Origin: an uncultured virus (IMG/VR IMGVR_UViG_3300031088_000740)
Lineage: Duplodnaviria; Heunggongvirae; Uroviricota; Caudoviricetes
Length of the DNA stretch: 64,000 bases
Strand: one strand, 5' to 3'
IMG/VR virus record: IMGVR_UViG_3300031088_000740
A program made the position numbers and the translations under genes. Shown in pieces: positions 10,015-18,710 of the stretch; the first letter of the stretch is position 1, and the number at the start of each line of letters is the position of its first letter. The notes below the pieces were generated by a model, which made no database searches, was not told the DNA's origin, and was given only the letters and a program-made list of their open reading frames with translations.

Positions 10015-11036
10015 TACTCGGCACCATTCTCGAACATGACCTTGCAGATAGCCTTGCCTCGCTGATCGAGCCTCTTGTACTTCATCTTGAATCCAGTTGA
10101 CTCAATACCACCGAACATTGCAGCATTGCTAGTCAACTCGGCAAGACCGCTGAGCAGTTGTGCAATGGCAAAGCCAGATTCAACGAACTGGGGTACATCT
10201 ACAGCGGAAAGCAGGTGGATATCCATATCGTGCTCAATGAGGTACGAGACGGATGCATCTGGAGAAGAGAAGGTGTCATTGTAAGTCCTCTGAGATGACT
10301 GTGCATGCATAGGGAAGTGCCTTTTACCCTCATCATCTACTTCGAGAACACTAGGCTTGCCGCAGTCATGTAGCGTGAGGTACCTATCCATGACATACCG
10401 GTCGGGAATGGCGCTGAGAAGCTCTATGCGGTAGTCAGCCAGCCAACTAGGCAAACGCCAGTTACTCGTCTGCGACAGGTCAACCTCGCCCCGTAGGTGA
10501 CTGATTAGAGCGAAGTAGTGTTCACGAACCGAACGACCATGCTGCAATACGTTCTGACCTTCTGTCTGCTCACAATCCATCATTGCGAAAGACATATCGC
10601 GGATCTTTCGCTCGCGCTGGCGAAGCTCAGACTCTCGACTTTCGCTGATGTTCCTACCTGCGCAACGAAGGTTAGAAAGAAGCTTCCTGGTGTTTTCCGA
10701 AGGTCCAAAAGCCAGTGCGGTAATCTCATCACCAAGATCAGGCTCTCTAAACTCTGTGACGAGCATTCCCTTACCGGCAGCAGACTCCTGCAACTCATAG
10801 AGATGTCTTGCGCTATCAGCCTCTAGGACGATAACCGAGTTGGAAGTAAGGTTCCATGTTTTCGCTTCGTCGGGGTTGTTCAAGATGAACTCCGCAACAA
10901 CGTGTGCGATTTGTGCGGTCTGGTATCCGCTGGATAGTTCTTTATGTGTAACGAGGTACAGCTTGTCTTTGTGTTCGAGTGATGCAGGCTCCACGATAGG
11001 AGCGGGGATGATGGTGTTGTTGGAAACCTAAGTCAT
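10014..11036 (-). CDS. Pth2-like peptidyl-tRNA hydrolase domain fused to an HD phosphohydrolase; in-frame TAG at codon 3
   Basis: KLYLVTHKELSSGYQTAQIAH...FREPDLGDEITALA (PTH2-like); HDCGKP...HFPMHA...HDMDIH (HD). AGAAAGAG RBS precedes ATG-ACT-TAG at 11036, 14 codons in frame upstream of the GTG at 10994. Confidence 0.8.
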
Positions 11037-11066
11037 GATGACTCTTTCTGTTTGATGTGAGAGACA

Positions 11067-11095
11067 ACAGTAGCATACGCAACAACATCAGTCAA
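11067..11095 (-). promoter_or_regulatory. SigA-type promoter TTGACT-N17-TACTGT
   Basis: consensus match with TGn extension, 30 nt upstream of ATG 11036. Confidence 0.7.
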
Positions 11096-11138
11096 GACAA
11101 AATCATTGCCGACACACCTCTCGTGATACCTTTACCAG

Positions 11139-11840
11139 ATGTATAGCATTAGGGGTCAATATGACATTGATCAGGTCAAAGTAGCTGTTGAAAATTCTCG
11201 TAGCTACAGCGCAGCATTAAGAGTTTTGGGGTATGAGCCTCATGGTAAAAGACATTACGAGTTCACAGCGCTTGTGAAGGAGCTTGGTATCAATACAGAT
11301 CACTTCTCTCGTTTTGGACCTCGCGCTGCTCCAAAAGCCACGGAAGAACTACTTGTTGAAAATAGCCCTCGTAGGGTTACTGCCCATAGATTGAGAAGGG
11401 CGCTTATTGAGATAGGAAGAGAGGTCAGATGTGCGCACTGTAAAGTTCGAGACACATACAACAATCGCCCAATCACCTTAGAAATAGACCACATCAATGA
11501 AAATCCGCTCGACAACAGAAGAGAGAATCTGAGGTTTCTCTGCCCCAATTGTCACTCGCAAATAACAGCATCCAATAACGACAGTAGACGGGCTAGATGT
11601 GCTTGTGGAGCTAACAAGAGTAGAGATTCAACCCAATGTCACAGATGTCACTATTTGGCTGTACGAAGCGGAATTATCAAAATCAGTTCGCATCGAGACA
11701 AGATCGAATGGCCGGAGCAAAGAGAGCTAGTGCAGATGATTGCAGAGAGCAACTACTCTGAGACTAGCCGCAACCTAGGTGTATCGGTCGCCGCCATCAA
11801 GAAGAGACTTGCCAAGATGAGTCAATTACATCCAGAATAA
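11139..11840 (+). CDS. HNH homing endonuclease
   Basis: CAHC...LEIDHINENPLDNRRENLRFLCPNCHSQ; extra Cys cluster and C-terminal HTH; lies next to the tRNA. Confidence 0.9.
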   Translation: MYSIRGQYDIDQVKVAVENSRSYSAALRVLGYEPHGKRHYEFTALVKELGINTDHFSRFGPRAAPKATEELLVENSPRRVTAHRLRRALIEIGREVRCAHCKVRDTYNNRPITLEIDHINENPLDNRRENLRFLCPNCHSQITASNNDSRRARCACGANKSRDSTQCHRCHYLAVRSGIIKISSHRDKIEWPEQRELVQMIAESNYSETSRNLGVSVAAIKKRLAKMSQLHPE

Positions 11841-11844
11841 TCGG

Positions 11845-11917
11845 TGCCTTTGACGGGATTTGAACCCGCGTACGCAAGATTTTAGAGATCTCCGCTCAGC
11901 CGCTGAGCTACAAAGGC
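11845..11917 (-). tRNA. tRNA with anticodon CUA (amber suppressor)
   Basis: acceptor GCCUUUG/CAAAGGC plus A73, D arm GCUC/GAGC, anticodon arm GAGAU-CUCUAAA-AUCUU, T arm GCGGG-UUCAAAU-CCCGU; anticodon at 11885-11883; CCA not fully encoded (CCG). Confidence 0.92.
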
Positions 11918-11936
11918 TTGTTGTTGTTTCGAGTAA

Positions 11937-11965
11937 AGCCTAGCACGTCATTTTCGGATATGCAA
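11937..11965 (-). promoter_or_regulatory. SigA-type promoter of the tRNA, TTGCAT-N17-TAGGCT
   Basis: consensus-like with TGn, about 20 nt upstream of the tRNA 5' end. Confidence 0.6.
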
Positions 11966-12019
11966 CTCGAAAACTAGATGTCGCACTAGCCACCTATACT
12001 GATTCAAAGGAGTTCAACT

Positions 12020-12451
12020 ATGTCATCGCCATTAGTACCCAAACAAGGCATCGATTCACGAGGTAGAGCGTATACCCGAATGGTCAAGGTGCCGGGTGGC
12101 AGTAGATCATCTGTCCCGCTTTCCGCGCCGAAAGATATCTATGCTTTGAGTAATGAAGATTACAGCGAGAGGTATCTTGGCGTTTCCAATTTGGAAAGAC
12201 AAGGTTCAGACCAACTCGATTTCCACGATGTCAGTGTCACCTCTATTAGGTCAATGCTCAACGCAGTAGCCAAAGATCACACAGGCAAGGAGCTATCCAA
12301 AGATGCCCTTGGCAAAATTATTCACGAGCACCTTTGGGACGCAGACGGAGATGATCTAGAAACGCGAAACTCAGATCACCTTGACTTCCATGACGTATTC
12401 GTCAGCGGTCTTAAGCGTGCCATCGAGAGCGCAAAAGTAGTGCAGAGGTAA
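12020..12451 (+). CDS. divergent DKNG-tag protein with an internal duplication
   Basis: PKQGIDSRGRAYTRMVK N-terminus; LE-R-SD-LDFHDV-V repeated twice; AAAGGAG RBS. Confidence 0.65.
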   Translation: MSSPLVPKQGIDSRGRAYTRMVKVPGGSRSSVPLSAPKDIYALSNEDYSERYLGVSNLERQGSDQLDFHDVSVTSIRSMLNAVAKDHTGKELSKDALGKIIHEHLWDADGDDLETRNSDHLDFHDVFVSGLKRAIESAKVVQR

Positions 12452-12724
12452 TTAGCTGTTCGTCGCGTATCCGTTAGCTCGCACGGATACAGAACGAGGG
12501 ATGTCGATGTGGTTGATGGCATCGATGATGTCTTCGTCAGAGCTACGAATGATCACCCTACGGCGCATGCTTCTGACACCACTGTCGTCCGTAATGGCAT
12601 CGAGTGCCTTGAACTCAACCGAAGTCTCCGGAGACTCGATAGCAAGCATGTCCTCAACAACCTTATCGAGGTTCTTGTGATCGGCTGATGCGAAGGTGAA
12701 GGTGTATTTGTTGATTTCCGTCAT
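12452..12724 (-). CDS. ribosomal protein S10/NusE-like protein lacking the long loop
   Basis: KYTFTFASADHKNLDKVVEDM and RRRVIIRSSDEDIIDAINHIDIPRSVSV resemble the S10 termini; TACAAT-N6-ATG. Confidence 0.5.
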   Translation of the reverse strand: MTEINKYTFTFASADHKNLDKVVEDMLAIESPETSVEFKALDAITDDSGVRSMRRRVIIRSSDEDIIDAINHIDIPRSVSVRANGYATNS

Positions 12725-12817
12725 GACTGGATTGTACAGTGAACCGTTCGATAAGGCAAGACTGGGTACAGCAACGGGGTGGCACTCCGAAAAGTACCAC
12801 CCCGTTATCTACTACCT

Positions 12818-13585
12818 CTATCGACGAAGAGCGAAGATTCTTACGAACTCAACATAGAGCCATACGACAGTGACGAGGATGCCGAAACCAGCCATCCACT
12901 CATACTTCTGAGCAATTCTGTTGTTCGCTCCGTTCTTGACGAACTCGAAGTCAAGAACTAGTGAGTACGAAGCCATGATGACCGCAAAGATGCCAATGAT
13001 AATACCCACCGGAATACCCGCAATCTCCATGCCGCGAATGCCGAAGGGGGTGTCAACGATACCTGTGATGCTGAGACCGAAGTTCAACAGAGAGAATGCA
13101 AGGTACGACACCATAGCCACCATAAAGACCTTGGTTGCTCTTCGTGAAGAACGAATCTTGCCGCTAGCAAATAGAGCCAGAACCACAGCAACGGTCACGA
13201 GGGTCGCTAGTACAGCCTGAACGATAACCCCAGGATACCTGCCTTCAGCAATAGCCGAGAAGCCTCCCAGACCAACGCCCTCAAACACCGCGTAGAGCAT
13301 AATCAGGGGAACAGATGGCTCCTTCTTGAATGCGTTCACAAGACCTAGGACAAGCGCAATCACCAGGGCAGGAATAGCAAGCTGAGGGATGAACCATCCA
13401 ACAGCGGCGGTGAGGACGACGATAGCGAACAAAGCGCTTGTCTTGATGAGCGTTGACTCAACCGTCATGACTCCCGAACCACCTGCGAGTGCAGGGGGAG
13501 GGTATGCGCCCAGAAGGTTCGGATTGCGTTCCGACTGGTTCGTTTGGTTGAACAACTTGTTGTTACGTAAAACAGGATTAGCCAT
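12818..13585 (-). CDS. Bax inhibitor-1/YccA family membrane protein
   Basis: about 7 TM; LVLDFEFV...EWMAGFGILVTVVWLYVEFVR C-terminal signature. Confidence 0.9.
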   Translation of the reverse strand: MANPVLRNNKLFNQTNQSERNPNLLGAYPPPALAGGSGVMTVESTLIKTSALFAIVVLTAAVGWFIPQLAIPALVIALVLGLVNAFKKEPSVPLIMLYAVFEGVGLGGFSAIAEGRYPGVIVQAVLATLVTVAVVLALFASGKIRSSRRATKVFMVAMVSYLAFSLLNFGLSITGIVDTPFGIRGMEIAGIPVGIIIGIFAVIMASYSLVLDFEFVKNGANNRIAQKYEWMAGFGILVTVVWLYVEFVRIFALRR

Positions 13586-13637
13586 AGGCGAAGTATATCC
13601 GAACTGATGATGGAAGTACAGGTTATTTACATGACAA

Positions 13638-13667
13638 AGGCGGGGCTGCTATATAGCAGCCCCGCCT
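13638..13667 (-). terminator. intrinsic terminator
   Basis: AGGCGGGGCTGCT-ATAT-AGCAGCCCCGCCT hairpin. Confidence 0.75.
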
Positions 13668-13681
13668 CATCTAGTGAAGGG

Positions 13682-14398
13682 TTACGAGGTACCCTCAGAA
13701 ACCCATGACTCTACGGTCGCGGTGTTCTCGGGGCAGAAGCTACGAACACCGTAAGCAAACATGAATCCCTTGAGGTTAGCTTCGGTCGAAGCCTGTGGTC
13801 CATCCTCAATCGAAGAAGCGATGTAACGGATGAAGTCTTCCTTGGTGGCAATACCGTTGTCGAACTGCTCACAAGCTGCGTACCCGTAGTCCAAAGCAGC
13901 CTCAGGGGTAAGACCGGTGTAGGCGATGCTTGTGGCGTACTGCTGCGACTGGTCGATGTAGTCCTGCTCCAAAAGGCTGATGGAGTTGGGGTCGGTATCG
14001 CGGTCGTTAGTAGCACTTGGCTGTTCGGACGGAGCGGAAGGCTCTTCGGAGGGTGCAGTGGACTCAGAAGGTGCGCTAGAACTAGTGGGTGCGCCAGCGG
14101 GGTCTTTGTCACTGTTGTTGGATGCTGCACCAATTGCAGCAAATACGGCAACAACGATGATGATGAGCGCAATAGCACCTCCTACGATTCCAAGAATAAG
14201 CGGGAGCTTACTCTTCTCGGGAGTGTTCTGAGCCTGCTGAGTCCAACTCTGCTGAGTCGGATACTGGTTTGGAGAAACCGGTGCCTGACCTGAACTTGGT
14301 CGAGTGTTCTCGGTCCACGCATTACCATCCCACCAACGCTCTTGCGAAGGGTTTTCTGGGGCGGGGTACCATCCTGGGGAAACGTTGTTATCTGCCAT
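13682..14398 (-). CDS. DUF2510-domain membrane protein
   Basis: PGWYPAP...RWWDGNAWT, a TM, an S/P-rich linker and a Cys-paired C-terminal domain. Confidence 0.75.
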   Translation of the reverse strand: MADNNVSPGWYPAPENPSQERWWDGNAWTENTRPSSGQAPVSPNQYPTQQSWTQQAQNTPEKSKLPLILGIVGGAIALIIIVVAVFAAIGAASNNSDKDPAGAPTSSSAPSESTAPSEEPSAPSEQPSATNDRDTDPNSISLLEQDYIDQSQQYATSIAYTGLTPEAALDYGYAACEQFDNGIATKEDFIRYIASSIEDGPQASTEANLKGFMFAYGVRSFCPENTATVESWVSEGTS

Positions 14399-14436
14399 AC
14401 ATGAATGATTGCACAGTTCCAGCAAAGATCAAGCGT

Positions 14437-16197
14437 TTACTCATCTTCTTTTCCGGTCGAGAGATCAAGCCAGTCGGCACCAATAAGTTCTGCAACTTGC
14501 TGCAATGCAGATGTGTCGGCACCAGCCAATCCATCCGATGCCGCAAACCTCTGAATCATCACACGCGATACCTTTTCTTCAACCGTTGAGTCAGCAGCCA
14601 TGACCACCCAGGGGGATACTTGACCGTCTCGGTGAGTTCGACCAATAACCTGCCTACCCTTTAGCCCGGAGTAGATAGGTGCAGTCATCGCGCCTACACG
14701 CTGGTTCATAGTAGCCTTCCTACCATCCTGGCTCACTGCACCAGCCTGTAGGTTGATAGATGCGCTCATCGTCGTCACCGCAACAGGAGAAGCACCAGAG
14801 TAGAAGGCATCAAGCTCTGATGCAACGTTATAGTCCTTGCCAAATAATCGAGCAACACCAAACTTCTTATCCTGAAGAGCCTCAGTGATTGGGTTAGCAC
14901 CGACCCCTACGAAGTCCGTATAGAGCACCACTTGATTATCAAGCTCTAACTGCGCAGAAGCCCATTCAACGATTTCAGGGATACGAAGAACCAGAGCCTT
15001 TTGTCTCCATCTCAGAACAGCAGCGCGACCCTTGTCGCCCCTACCTGCGCTTCTTGCGGCGGCTAGTTCATCTTGGAACTCAGACCAATCACTGTTGTAC
15101 TGCTGCTTCCTGGTCACGTCAAGTTCAATCGTTGCGATATCCAACGGAGCCTGACCCCACGGTGCTTCTCGATACAACGTACTGGGAACACCAGAAGTGA
15201 GCCACGACCTAAACAGACGAACATCCTCAGCGCGCTCTTCTGGCTTCTCTGTCCACTGCTTGCCGTATCGACCAGATGGAATATGCAATCCATGACGGGC
15301 TAGTGACTCTACGAACTCGCCGTTCTTTCCAGACCAGTCCTTAGCTGGCTCACCGAGTACCTGGGCAAGGAGTGGTGCGAGGTAGGTAAGTTCAGTAGGA
15401 TCGTGCGCGGGAGTGGCTGTCATCCAGATGACAAACGGTGCCAACTTGGGTGTAGCAGAGACGCGAGCAACTTTTGCCAAGCTCTTAGAACGACGGGTGT
15501 CGGTAGCTCTGAATCCATGAGCTTCATCGACAATAACGACATCCCACTTCACGTCTAGGTCAGCCACCTTGTGAACTCTGTCTACGGTCGTAACAAGCCA
15601 CCTATTGCCCTCGTCTCCAACAGCCTGAATGGTCCTTCGGAAGTCAGGAATGCAGATAGCAGCGGGGCGATTTGCAATGACCAGAATGTTTGCTGGGCGT
15701 ACTCCTGAAGTTTTGGTACGGGCAGCGTCCAAAGCTGCCTTCACCGACACAATGGTCTTTCCAGTACCAGTCTGAGATGTCAAGAAGAACCCTCTGGAGC
15801 CTGCACTGAGAGACTTCGCGATAGACTTGATATCCTCTTGCTGGTCAGCGCGCGGTGTCATAGGATCGGCTTTTGCTGCGGGTCTTACTTCACCATTGAT
15901 ATCGTCTTCAATCCACCGAGACAGCGAGTAGTCGGTAGATGAGAAGAGGGCGGCAAACGGCGACAGGCTGCTGCCAATGAACAACTGAGCGTTACGGGTC
16001 TTATCTGTCACCAGACCAGGGAATCGAGTCCCAAAAGGAACATCCTCCATGACCCATACTTTTTCATTGGGGTTCTTGGTAGCTACCGGATCGACAGGTG
16101 CTGCCTTAGGCGCTGCTTTACGACGAACAGGGGTCTTCCGCTTTGTAGAAGATGTCGTACTTCTCTTGACTGGCGATTTTCTCTTTGCGACCATCAT
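14437..16197 (-). CDS. superfamily II helicase (SNF2-like/DEAH)
   Basis: QTGTGKT, VDEAH, MTATP, QVIGRTHR motifs; ACGGAGG RBS before 16197. Confidence 0.85.
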   Translation of the reverse strand: MMVAKRKSPVKRSTTSSTKRKTPVRRKAAPKAAPVDPVATKNPNEKVWVMEDVPFGTRFPGLVTDKTRNAQLFIGSSLSPFAALFSSTDYSLSRWIEDDINGEVRPAAKADPMTPRADQQEDIKSIAKSLSAGSRGFFLTSQTGTGKTIVSVKAALDAARTKTSGVRPANILVIANRPAAICIPDFRRTIQAVGDEGNRWLVTTVDRVHKVADLDVKWDVVIVDEAHGFRATDTRRSKSLAKVARVSATPKLAPFVIWMTATPAHDPTELTYLAPLLAQVLGEPAKDWSGKNGEFVESLARHGLHIPSGRYGKQWTEKPEERAEDVRLFRSWLTSGVPSTLYREAPWGQAPLDIATIELDVTRKQQYNSDWSEFQDELAAARSAGRGDKGRAAVLRWRQKALVLRIPEIVEWASAQLELDNQVVLYTDFVGVGANPITEALQDKKFGVARLFGKDYNVASELDAFYSGASPVAVTTMSASINLQAGAVSQDGRKATMNQRVGAMTAPIYSGLKGRQVIGRTHRDGQVSPWVVMAADSTVEEKVSRVMIQRFAASDGLAGADTSALQQVAELIGADWLDLSTGKEDE

Positions 16198-16272
16198 GTC
16201 CTCCGTAGATATGAGCGTGCATAGCCTAACAAAAGCATTGTGCATAAAACCCGGACATGAGATACTCGCGGC

Positions 16273-16797
16273 ATGACCACGAGCGAGAACAGTACAAATC
16301 TACCGGACACCGATGGATTACTAGTTCAGGCTTTCCCCACTACCGGACCTTGGTCACAGTTGGTCGAAGGTAGGCGGCTAACGTCACAAACGCTTTCCAG
16401 TCACAGTATCGAACAGATGCTTTCTGCTCAACTGACTGGCGAAGAAGTTGGCTTTGTTGTTTACGAGAAAGCAATGGTCCAGCCTGTAGGTGGAAAATCT
16501 CGTTCCTATGAGCCAAATTACGATCCATCCGAAGTAGTGCGCTTGGACGAAAATGGTAGAGAGTACCTCATCGCTAAAATCACTCTACCTAAGAGGATAC
16601 ACAAGCTGATAATCGAGTCCGTGAGCGTTCTTTCACGGGGGTATGACGGTTCAGCAGAAAGTTCCAAATGGTCTGCCGTTGGGACGCATTCTTACGCGGT
16701 CGATAATGGCTATTCCGGCACCAGAAGGCACAAGCTCTACTACGACATTCAGCACGAAAATGGTGTCACCACGCTAGAACACAGAGCAGAAGAGTAA
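16273..16797 (+). CDS. hypothetical protein
   Basis: 174 aa ORF ending at a terminator (16805-16832). Confidence 0.55.
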   Translation: MTTSENSTNLPDTDGLLVQAFPTTGPWSQLVEGRRLTSQTLSSHSIEQMLSAQLTGEEVGFVVYEKAMVQPVGGKSRSYEPNYDPSEVVRLDENGREYLIAKITLPKRIHKLIIESVSVLSRGYDGSAESSKWSAVGTHSYAVDNGYSGTRRHKLYYDIQHENGVTTLEHRAEE

Positions 16798-16846
16798 ATA
16801 GGAAAGGGAGCTTGGTGCAATACCAAGCTCCCCTCCTTTATCTCCA

Positions 16847-17338
16847 TTAGCTAATGGAGATTGTTCTCGGTTCTACCTTCGCAGGAACCTTAGTTCTGAT
16901 GGTCACCTTGAGAACGCCATCCGTGTACTCAGGTTCGATGGAATCGAAGTCCACATTCTCCGGCAACTTGAATCTCATATCGACCGTCTTGTCGTAGAAG
17001 CCTCGACTGACAGTTCCAGAGGTTTCCTCGGGTACTTCACTAAGAACCTCAGAGAGATCCTCATCAGGCTTTACGTCCTCGCGAACTGATTCGTCATCCT
17101 TCTCGATTCCAGCGGTTACAAGAAGAAGGTTCTCAACCTCATCAACAGAGATATCGATATCTTCCTTTCGGTATCCAGCAAGGTTCAGTGAAAGATGAGT
17201 CAATTCGCCGTTACGGGATACTCGGTATGGAGCGAAGATGTTCTCATAAGCCCTCGTTCCCAAGTTTGCCATGTCTCCAAACAGAGAACCAAGCCCCTGC
17301 GAGAAGACTGCCGATCTACGGTTAATTCCATTCATCAT
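16847..17338 (-). CDS. small heat-shock protein (Hsp20)
   Basis: LAGYRKEDIDISV...FKLPENVD...YTDGVLKVTI alpha-crystallin pattern; AAAGGAG RBS. Confidence 0.85.
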   Translation of the reverse strand: MMNGINRRSAVFSQGLGSLFGDMANLGTRAYENIFAPYRVSRNGELTHLSLNLAGYRKEDIDISVDEVENLLLVTAGIEKDDESVREDVKPDEDLSEVLSEVPEETSGTVSRGFYDKTVDMRFKLPENVDFDSIEPEYTDGVLKVTIRTKVPAKVEPRTISIS

Positions 17339-17433
17339 TTTGCTCCTTTTCTAGGTTGTTACAAGGAGTTTAACGCTGAGTGCGACAGTACATTCCAAAG
17401 TTGATTCAACTGGACTCAACTTTGAGCAACCTC

Positions 17434-18123
17434 TCAGATTAGATGAGCAACCACAGTCAATGTGTTCGGCGCAACTTCGGTAAATCCGGCATCACGAACC
17501 TCTACACCCCAAGACTCCCTGCTCTCAAAAGACACAAGAGTAATGACGGGTCTATCTAGTTCCCATCGGAAAAGCTGTTCTGCGCTTGCTGACATGATTG
17601 CCAACTGCACAGCGTGACCAACTTGCGCCATTGACTTACCAGTGGTCATTTCGACTTCTGGATTGAGAGCAATGAGAATCTCTGCCCGGTCGTCCGATTC
17701 AATCGGTCTACTCGGTAGATCAAGACCCTGAACCTGTAGTTTCTTTACGGCAGGATTCTGATCGGTTACAAGGGTCGGTGGCATAACCCACACGACGGCA
17801 TCTCCGTAAGAACCGATGACACCAGGAACATCAGTCACTGCATCCCATGCAGAAGCTCTTGCTCTCTTAGCAAGCTTCCGAATGCGACCATCAAGCCACA
17901 GAGAGGTAGCCTCGTGCCAGTCTCCACCGTCACGAATCTCTTCGCTAAGGAAGTAGTCGCGAATGGCAGCAGCGGTTGCGAGCAAGGCATCTTCGTGAGA
18001 AAGGTCTAGACTCTTCTCCAGATCGAGAACGATAGGAAGCGCCCTGATCTCAGACTCGTCTCTATCCCATTCAGGGACGGAGGAAACAAGACCAGTGAGA
18101 TCGGAAAAAGACATAGCGCTCAT
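17434..18123 (-). CDS. Pth2-family peptidyl-tRNA hydrolase (actinobacterial type)
   Basis: LNPEVEMTTGKSMAQVGHA...VRDAGFTEVAPNTLTV; alternative start at 18114. Confidence 0.85.
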   Translation of the reverse strand: MSAMSFSDLTGLVSSVPEWDRDESEIRALPIVLDLEKSLDLSHEDALLATAAAIRDYFLSEEIRDGGDWHEATSLWLDGRIRKLAKRARASAWDAVTDVPGVIGSYGDAVVWVMPPTLVTDQNPAVKKLQVQGLDLPSRPIESDDRAEILIALNPEVEMTTGKSMAQVGHAVQLAIMSASAEQLFRWELDRPVITLVSFESRESWGVEVRDAGFTEVAPNTLTVVAHLI

Positions 18124-18157
18124 GCTACTAGATACATGAGCGCTATGTCTACCTTAC

Positions 18158-18664
18158 TCAGTTACGCATTCCATTTGCAGGAGGCGGAGGTGGTCGGTGT
18201 CCATCGGAATCCATGTAGGGGTTATGCGGGACATACTCATTAGTAGCGTATCCAGGACCATCATAGGCACCAGCATCATCGTTGTACTCGTCGCGACCGA
18301 AAGCGAAAATGCCTAGCCAAACTGGACTTAGGAAGAAGTAAAGAACTGTGTATCCTGCACCCTTGCCGAACCCCTTATTGATGTCGTGAGCAGCCATAGT
18401 CATAAAGATGACAGAGAAGATGCCAAAGAACGGGATGAGTGAGATGACTGCCCAGAATCCAGCCTGTCTTCCCGCCTGAAGGAAGATATAGCTACTGTAG
18501 ACAGGAACCCAAGCCTTCCAAGGCTCAATGCCCATCTTGCCAAATATCCTACTCAATGTGAACGAGTAGTAAAGGTAGAAGATGACGTAGAAGGCTAGCT
18601 GCCCAAAAATTGCAGCGGTGCTATAAGTGGGGTCGGAGTAGTATCCGGAATCTGTACCGTACAT
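18158..18664 (-). CDS. DUF5684/DUF805-like membrane protein
   Basis: IFGKMGIEPWKAWVPVY...KGFGKGAGY pattern. Confidence 0.7.
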   Translation of the reverse strand: MYGTDSGYYSDPTYSTAAIFGQLAFYVIFYLYYSFTLSRIFGKMGIEPWKAWVPVYSSYIFLQAGRQAGFWAVISLIPFFGIFSVIFMTMAAHDINKGFGKGAGYTVLYFFLSPVWLGIFAFGRDEYNDDAGAYDGPGYATNEYVPHNPYMDSDGHRPPPPPANGMRN

Positions 18665-18710
18665 CTATCAATGGTAGTGCACCTAGACGCATCCAGGTAG
18701 TCTTATCGAA

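Noticed and set aside
11845..11917. Pyrrolysine tRNA
   Set aside because: It has canonical D-loop GG, T-loop UUC and a 5-bp anticodon stem, and there are no pyl genes in the window.
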